Origin: Candidatus Hadarchaeales archaeon
GTDB taxonomy: Archaea > Hadarchaeota > Hadarchaeia > Hadarchaeales > Hadarchaeaceae
Assembly: GCA_038851565.1 (NCBI GenBank)
Contig: JAWCKV010000029.1
Span: 1 to 10,564 of the forward strand
DNA: 10,564 bases
Reading direction: 5' to 3'
How positions within the stretch are numbered: the stretch's first letter is position 1; each line of letters starts with the position of its first letter. A program made the position numbers and the translations under genes. Positions 6,559 through 10,564 of the stretch are shown here, piece by piece. The notes beneath the pieces are model-generated. The model was not told where the DNA came from. It saw only the letters and a program-made list of their open reading frames with translations, and searched no databases.

Positions 6559-6912
6559 CTAGAAAAATGTGACCACGGAGGAGTAGATCATCACCCATGC
6601 TATGAGCCACATTATGAAGAAGGGCCAGAACCCGGTCATCCATATTCTAATGTTCTTCTTGACCTCAGACTGCTCCAGCATGGCCATCAGGTACCTGTTT
6701 CTGAACTTCTCGTTGCTCGCCAGCTTATATGAGGCGTAGAAGAGAAATATCGCAAGGAGGAGGCAGAGGGTGCCCATGCCGGTGCCGAGGGTCAGGCTTA
6801 TGGCCGAGGACAGCGCCCCCGTGACCATCCCGGTCAGCGCGAAGAACAGGGTAAGCTTAGCCTCGGAGAGCGCCTGCACCTTCGCCGGTGCCGCCTGTGC
6901 TGGAGCCTCCAT
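6559..6912 (-). CDS. Small three-TM membrane protein, possibly archaeal EMC6-like
   Basis: Three hydrophobic segments, C-terminal W..GFWPFFIMWLIAWVMIY and GGAGG RBS at 6924-6920. The CDS is likely real; the family call comes from recalled pattern only. Confidence 0.6.
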   Translation of the reverse strand: MEAPAQAAPAKVQALSEAKLTLFFALTGMVTGALSSAISLTLGTGMGTLCLLLAIFLFYASYKLASNEKFRNRYLMAMLEQSEVKKNIRIWMTGFWPFFIMWLIAWVMIYSSVVTFF

Positions 6913-6933
6913 GTTTCTTCCTCCGGTGAGGGC

Positions 6934-8862
6934 ATGAAGCTGGCTATGTCGCGCCTTGACATTATGGTCTGCGTCAGCGAGCTTGAAAACTGCATCGGAG
7001 CCAGAGTTGAGAGGATATACGAGGTTGATGGCTCAATCGTGATCTTGCTGCGCCAGCAGGAGGAGCGCATGTCGCTCGTGTGCGAGATGGGGCGCAGGAT
7101 CTCGCTGACGCGCAGAGCTCCCAGGGCACCCAGGATCCCCACGTCATTTGCCATGCTCCTGAGAAAGCACCTGATGAACTCCGTGCTCTCCGGGGTGGAG
7201 CAGCCTGAGCTCGAGAGGGTGGTTTGGCTTGAGTTTTCGGGGGATGAGAGGAAGGTACTTGTCGTGGAGCTCTTCGGGAGGGGGAACATCGTGCTGTGTG
7301 ACGGGTCAATGAGGATCATTCATCCATACAGGGCAGAGGCATGGAGGGGCAGAGCGCTGAGGGCCGGTGAGACGTACTCGCTTCCACCCGGTCCGAGGCC
7401 GAGGTTGGAGGGCATGGGCATGAGTGAGTTTCGGGGGCTGATTCGGGGAGCGCCGGATGTGGTCAGGGGACTAGCGGTGAACCTTGGGCTGGGCGGAACC
7501 CTTGCGGAGGAGATATGCGCGAGGGCCAGGGTCGGGAGGGAGCTCAATCCAGCATCGGCCACCGATGAGGACGTGAAAGCGCTCCTCTCCGCGATCTCAC
7601 AGGTGTTCGCCTCGGAGCCTGATCCCAGGATAGTGTACGAGGACGGAAGGCCGCTGGATGTCATTCCATTCGACTTCTCGATATATCTGGGCAGGGAGAT
7701 CAGGCGCTTTTCAACCTTCAACGATGCGCTCGACGAGTACTTCACGCACATCGCGGAAAGCGCGGCCGCCGAGCGCGCCAGCAAAAGGCTGGAGGAAGAG
7801 CTCGAGAGGCTGAGGAGAAGGCTCGCAGATGAGCAGGCGAGCTTCTCATCGCTCTACGAGAGGTCTGTGCAGATGAAGAGGAAGGCTGATCTAATATCTG
7901 TGAGGCATCAGTTCCTGGACGGGCTGCTCGCGGAGATGAGGTCACTTCTGCGGAAGGCCGGGCCAGAGAGATGCATGGAGGAGGTGAGAAGGGCCGCTGC
8001 CGAGGGGAAGGGGTGGGCAGGCTCGGTGAAGGGCATCAGAAGATCTGGGGAGGTGGTGGTTGAGGTCTCCGGGGAGGAGATTGCGCTTAACCCGGGAATC
8101 ACGGCGTTTCAGAACGCCTTGAGGTACTACGATGAGTACAAGAGGCTCGCGGAGAGATCCGCCGGGGCAAGGAGGGCCATGGAGAGGACAGCGGCGGAGC
8201 TCGAGCGCCTTCAGAGGGAGGGCCTTTCCGCGTTTCAGCCCCAGCCGAGGACGGAGCGGCTGTGGTTCGAGAGATACAGGTGGGCGATTTCATCCGGGGG
8301 ATTTTTGATCCTCGCCGGCAGGGACAGGAAGACGGGTTTTGAACTCGTTGCGAAGAGGATGGGTCCCGGGGACATCTACCTCCACGCGGAGATAAAGGGA
8401 GCACCCCACGTGATCATCAGGTCAGGGGGAAGGGAGATCCCGGAGGATGATCTGAGGGAGGCAGCTGAATTCGCCGCGATGCACTCCAGCGCCTGGGGTG
8501 ATGGAATGGGGTCGCTCAGGGTATTCTGGGTCAGGTCGGATCAGGTTTCGAGGCGCGCACCATCCGGGATGTATCTGCCAAAGGGGAGCTTCATGGTCAC
8601 GGGAGAGAGGAGATACATTGATGTGCCGCTGCGTGCGGCCGTAGGGGTGGTTGGCCTTGAGGGGAGGGAGGCGGTTATGTGCGGTCCGGTGAGCGCTGTG
8701 AGGAAACGATCCAGGATTGCGATCGAAATTTTGCCCGGGGGGAGGAATAAACGCGATGTGGCAGGGGAGATCGCGAAGAGGCTGGCGGAGGAAGGATTTG
8801 ATGTGCCGGCGGGCGAGGTGGAGCGCGTGATGCCTCCGGGCGGCTGCAGGATTCTCAGCTAG
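6934..8862 (+). CDS. rqcH: Ribosome rescue/quality-control protein RqcH (Rqc2/NEMF, NFACT family)
   Basis: NFACT-N (MSRLDI, F.MLLRKHL, Q.ELERVV, ELFGRGNIVL), HhH (LGLGGTLAEE), FNDALDEYF, coiled coils and NFACT-R (WFERYRWAISSGGFLILAGRD, HAEIKGAP, QVSRRAPSGMYLPKGSFMV). GGTGAGG RBS. Confidence 0.93.
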   Translation: MKLAMSRLDIMVCVSELENCIGARVERIYEVDGSIVILLRQQEERMSLVCEMGRRISLTRRAPRAPRIPTSFAMLLRKHLMNSVLSGVEQPELERVVWLEFSGDERKVLVVELFGRGNIVLCDGSMRIIHPYRAEAWRGRALRAGETYSLPPGPRPRLEGMGMSEFRGLIRGAPDVVRGLAVNLGLGGTLAEEICARARVGRELNPASATDEDVKALLSAISQVFASEPDPRIVYEDGRPLDVIPFDFSIYLGREIRRFSTFNDALDEYFTHIAESAAAERASKRLEEELERLRRRLADEQASFSSLYERSVQMKRKADLISVRHQFLDGLLAEMRSLLRKAGPERCMEEVRRAAAEGKGWAGSVKGIRRSGEVVVEVSGEEIALNPGITAFQNALRYYDEYKRLAERSAGARRAMERTAAELERLQREGLSAFQPQPRTERLWFERYRWAISSGGFLILAGRDRKTGFELVAKRMGPGDIYLHAEIKGAPHVIIRSGGREIPEDDLREAAEFAAMHSSAWGDGMGSLRVFWVRSDQVSRRAPSGMYLPKGSFMVTGERRYIDVPLRAAVGVVGLEGREAVMCGPVSAVRKRSRIAIEILPGGRNKRDVAGEIAKRLAEEGFDVPAGEVERVMPPGGCRILS

Positions 8863-8875
8863 CGCTGAATTGTTA

Positions 8876-8948
8876 AGCCGCCGGTGGGGATCGAACCCAC
8901 GACCTATCGCTTACAAGGCGATCGCTCTGCCGGCTGAGCTACGGCGGC
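8876..8948 (-). tRNA. tRNA-Thr(TGT), no intron, CCA not encoded
   Basis: Reverse complement: GCCGCCG TA GCTC AGCCGGCA GAGC G ATCGC CT TGT AA GCGAT AGGTC GTGGG TTCGATC CCCAC CGGCGGC T. Anticodon at 8915-8913. Confidence 0.97.
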
Positions 8949-8988
8949 TCAATAAAAGATTGCCCAGATGAAAAATAGGCTTTCCTCT

Positions 8989-9687
8989 TCATTTTTTGCC
9001 GAAGGCCAGCACGCCGTTCACTATATCCCTGAACGCCGCCTCCTGATCCTTCGCGCACACAACTCCCGATGCTATGAGCACGCCCTCGGCCCCCAGCTCC
9101 ATGGCCTTCGTCACGTCCTCCCCCCTTGTTATCCCGGCCCCGCAGAGGACCCTTATCTGTTGGTTGACATCCTTCACGACCCTGACGGACTCAAGCACCA
9201 CCTCCGGCCTGGCCTTGGACACGGGTATTCCCGTGCCTATCAGCTCAGGTGGCTCGACCGCGATCACATCCGGTGCCAGAGCCGCCACGCTCCTGCTCTC
9301 CGCAGTGTCTGCGGTGCACGCCACAGTCACGAGTCCTGCCTCCTTCGCCCTCCTTATGATCGCGCCAACCTGATCGAGCGGAAGCTTGTGCTCTGAGTGG
9401 TTCACGAGAGTTCCCACAGCACCCGCGGCCCTCACGCACTCGGGGGAAAGGAAACCGGTGTTCCTCCCGGGCTTTATCGGATCGACGTGCTGGGCGAGCA
9501 CAGGTATCTTCACCCTTTTCGCAATATCCTTTATATCAGGAGCCTGGGGGGCAACTGCCGACGATACTCCCATCTCCTGTGAGATGTCTGATATGATCTC
9601 TGCGAGACGCACTCCGTTATCCCCGGTCGACTCGGGATACGTCTTGAAGTTCACGATGACCAGCGGGAACCTCAATATGGTCACCAC
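8989..9687 (-). CDS. tpiA: Triosephosphate isomerase, archaeal type
   Basis: VNFKTY, AQH, NHSEH, AVEPPELIGTG, GAGI and GVLIASG motifs. About 230 aa; exact start uncertain (GTG 9687 or 9684). Confidence 0.96.
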   Translation of the reverse strand: MVTILRFPLVIVNFKTYPESTGDNGVRLAEIISDISQEMGVSSAVAPQAPDIKDIAKRVKIPVLAQHVDPIKPGRNTGFLSPECVRAAGAVGTLVNHSEHKLPLDQVGAIIRRAKEAGLVTVACTADTAESRSVAALAPDVIAVEPPELIGTGIPVSKARPEVVLESVRVVKDVNQQIRVLCGAGITRGEDVTKAMELGAEGVLIASGVVCAKDQEAAFRDIVNGVLAFGKK

Positions 9688-9710
9688 CCGTGTGAATTGG
9701 TCTCATCCGG

Positions 9711-9760
9711 ATAAATAAGTCTCGCCCGGGCACCCGCAGGGATGCAGTCAAGGGTTTTAA
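9711..9760. promoter_or_regulatory. Divergent TATA-like boxes for tpiA (-) and the MFS gene (+)
   Basis: Minus CTTATTTAT at 9719-9711 (24-32 nt upstream of tpiA). Plus TTTTAA at 9755-9760 (24-29 nt upstream of ATG 9784). Confidence 0.5.
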
Positions 9761-9783
9761 CCGCCATGATCTCATTTTCATAC

Positions 9784-10564
9784 ATGCGCGGGCTGATGCT
9801 CTGCACGTTTGTGCTTTCGCTCGCCATGGGGATGGTCAACTTGGCGGTCCCGCTTTACGCGAGCGAGCTGGGGGCCAGCTACACCGAGATCGGAATGCTC
9901 GGCGTGACCTACATCCTGCTTTACGTTGTCCTTTGTGTCCCTGTTGGAAGGTGGAGCGATCGGTTTGGCAGGAGGATATTTGTTCTGCTCGGATTCGCCG
10001 GGACGGCGGCTGTTTTCTCCGGCTATTACTTCGCGTTCTCATTTCCGGTTCTTCTGGTCGCGAGGCTTTTCCAGGGAGGGATGGAGGCGTTCATCTGGAC
10101 CAGCCTTCAGGGGATCGTGGCAGACACCTCGAGCCCATCGAAGCGCGGCCTGGCGATGGGGAAATACGGGAGTTCCTGGGCGCTTGGATTCGGCATGGGA
10201 CCGCTGGTGGCAGGATCTCTTTACGCGTCTCTCGGGGCCAGAACTATATTTGCGATTGGAGCCATCGTGGCAGCGGTTTCCACGTCGATGATGCCTGAGC
10301 TGCCACGGCCGACCGGTTCCGGCGGGCGTGGTGTCAGCATCGAGAAGATAGCCTATCCCGCGTTGATTGGTTTGCTGTACACCGGAATGATCTCTGTAAT
10401 GCTGATCATGCTCCCTCCCTATGTCAGGACGGCGCTTGGGATGTCGGAGGCTGAGGCCGGGATTTTGATAACGGTCTTCACCCTGACGCGCGCGCTGTTG
10501 TTCATTCCCTTTGGCACGCTTTCCGATAGGGCCGGAGCAAGGAGAATAATGAAGTGGGCGTTGC
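9784..10564 (+). CDS. Major facilitator superfamily transporter (3' truncated by the window)
   Basis: Not in the ORF track. Manual translation MRGLMLCTFVLSLAMGMVNLAVPLYASELGAS... is open to the window end. Motif A GRWSDRFGRR, ARLFQG, RGLAMG, GFGMGPLVAG and a second-half GTLSDRAGAR. In-frame alternative ATG at 9766. Confidence 0.92.
   Translation, partial: MRGLMLCTFVLSLAMGMVNLAVPLYASELGASYTEIGMLGVTYILLYVVLCVPVGRWSDRFGRRIFVLLGFAGTAAVFSGYYFAFSFPVLLVARLFQGGMEAFIWTSLQGIVADTSSPSKRGLAMGKYGSSWALGFGMGPLVAGSLYASLGARTIFAIGAIVAAVSTSMMPELPRPTGSGGRGVSIEKIAYPALIGLLYTGMISVMLIMLPPYVRTALGMSEAEAGILITVFTLTRALLFIPFGTLSDRAGARRIMKWAL

Noticed and set aside
8863..8960. tRNA-Thr as an integration site
   Set aside because: Flanked by core genes rqcH and tpiA, with no duplicated tRNA end or integrase in the window.
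9836..10298. ORFs 9836-10042, 9926-10291 and 9933-10298
   Set aside because: Off-frame or antisense to the MFS transporter frame starting at 9784.
1..10564. CRISPR arrays, transposases, pseudogenes or mRNA introns
   Set aside because: No regularly spaced repeats or mobile-element genes were seen. The recognised proteins look uninterrupted, although short in-frame insertions cannot be excluded by eye.

Overview
Core-genome window from a GC-rich archaeon. Evidence for archaeal origin: class I LysRS, archaeal-type TPI, full-length 7S SRP RNA, a BHB-intron tRNA, GGTGA/GGAGG RBSs and BRE/TATA-like promoters. Contents: the 5' part of a hypothetical gene, tRNA-Ser(GCT) with a canonical 19-nt intron, the SRP RNA, a minus-strand run of site-2 protease / ubiquitin-like sulfur carrier / TtuA-NcsA tRNA thiolase, cutA, a Pol-beta-like nucleotidyltransferase, lysS, a short XPF/ERCC4 nuclease, a small membrane protein, rqcH, tRNA-Thr(TGT), tpiA and a truncated MFS transporter. 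The standout observation is a 21-nt insertion (600-620) in helix 8 of the SRP RNA, next to the GGAA tetraloop. It folds into a bulge-helix-bulge (BHB) motif, and cutting at the standard BHB positions exactly restores the canonical SRP54-binding hairpin CAGG-GGC-GGAA-GUC-AGCA. This is an apparent tRNA-type intron in a non-permuted SRP RNA gene; splicing itself is inferred, not shown.
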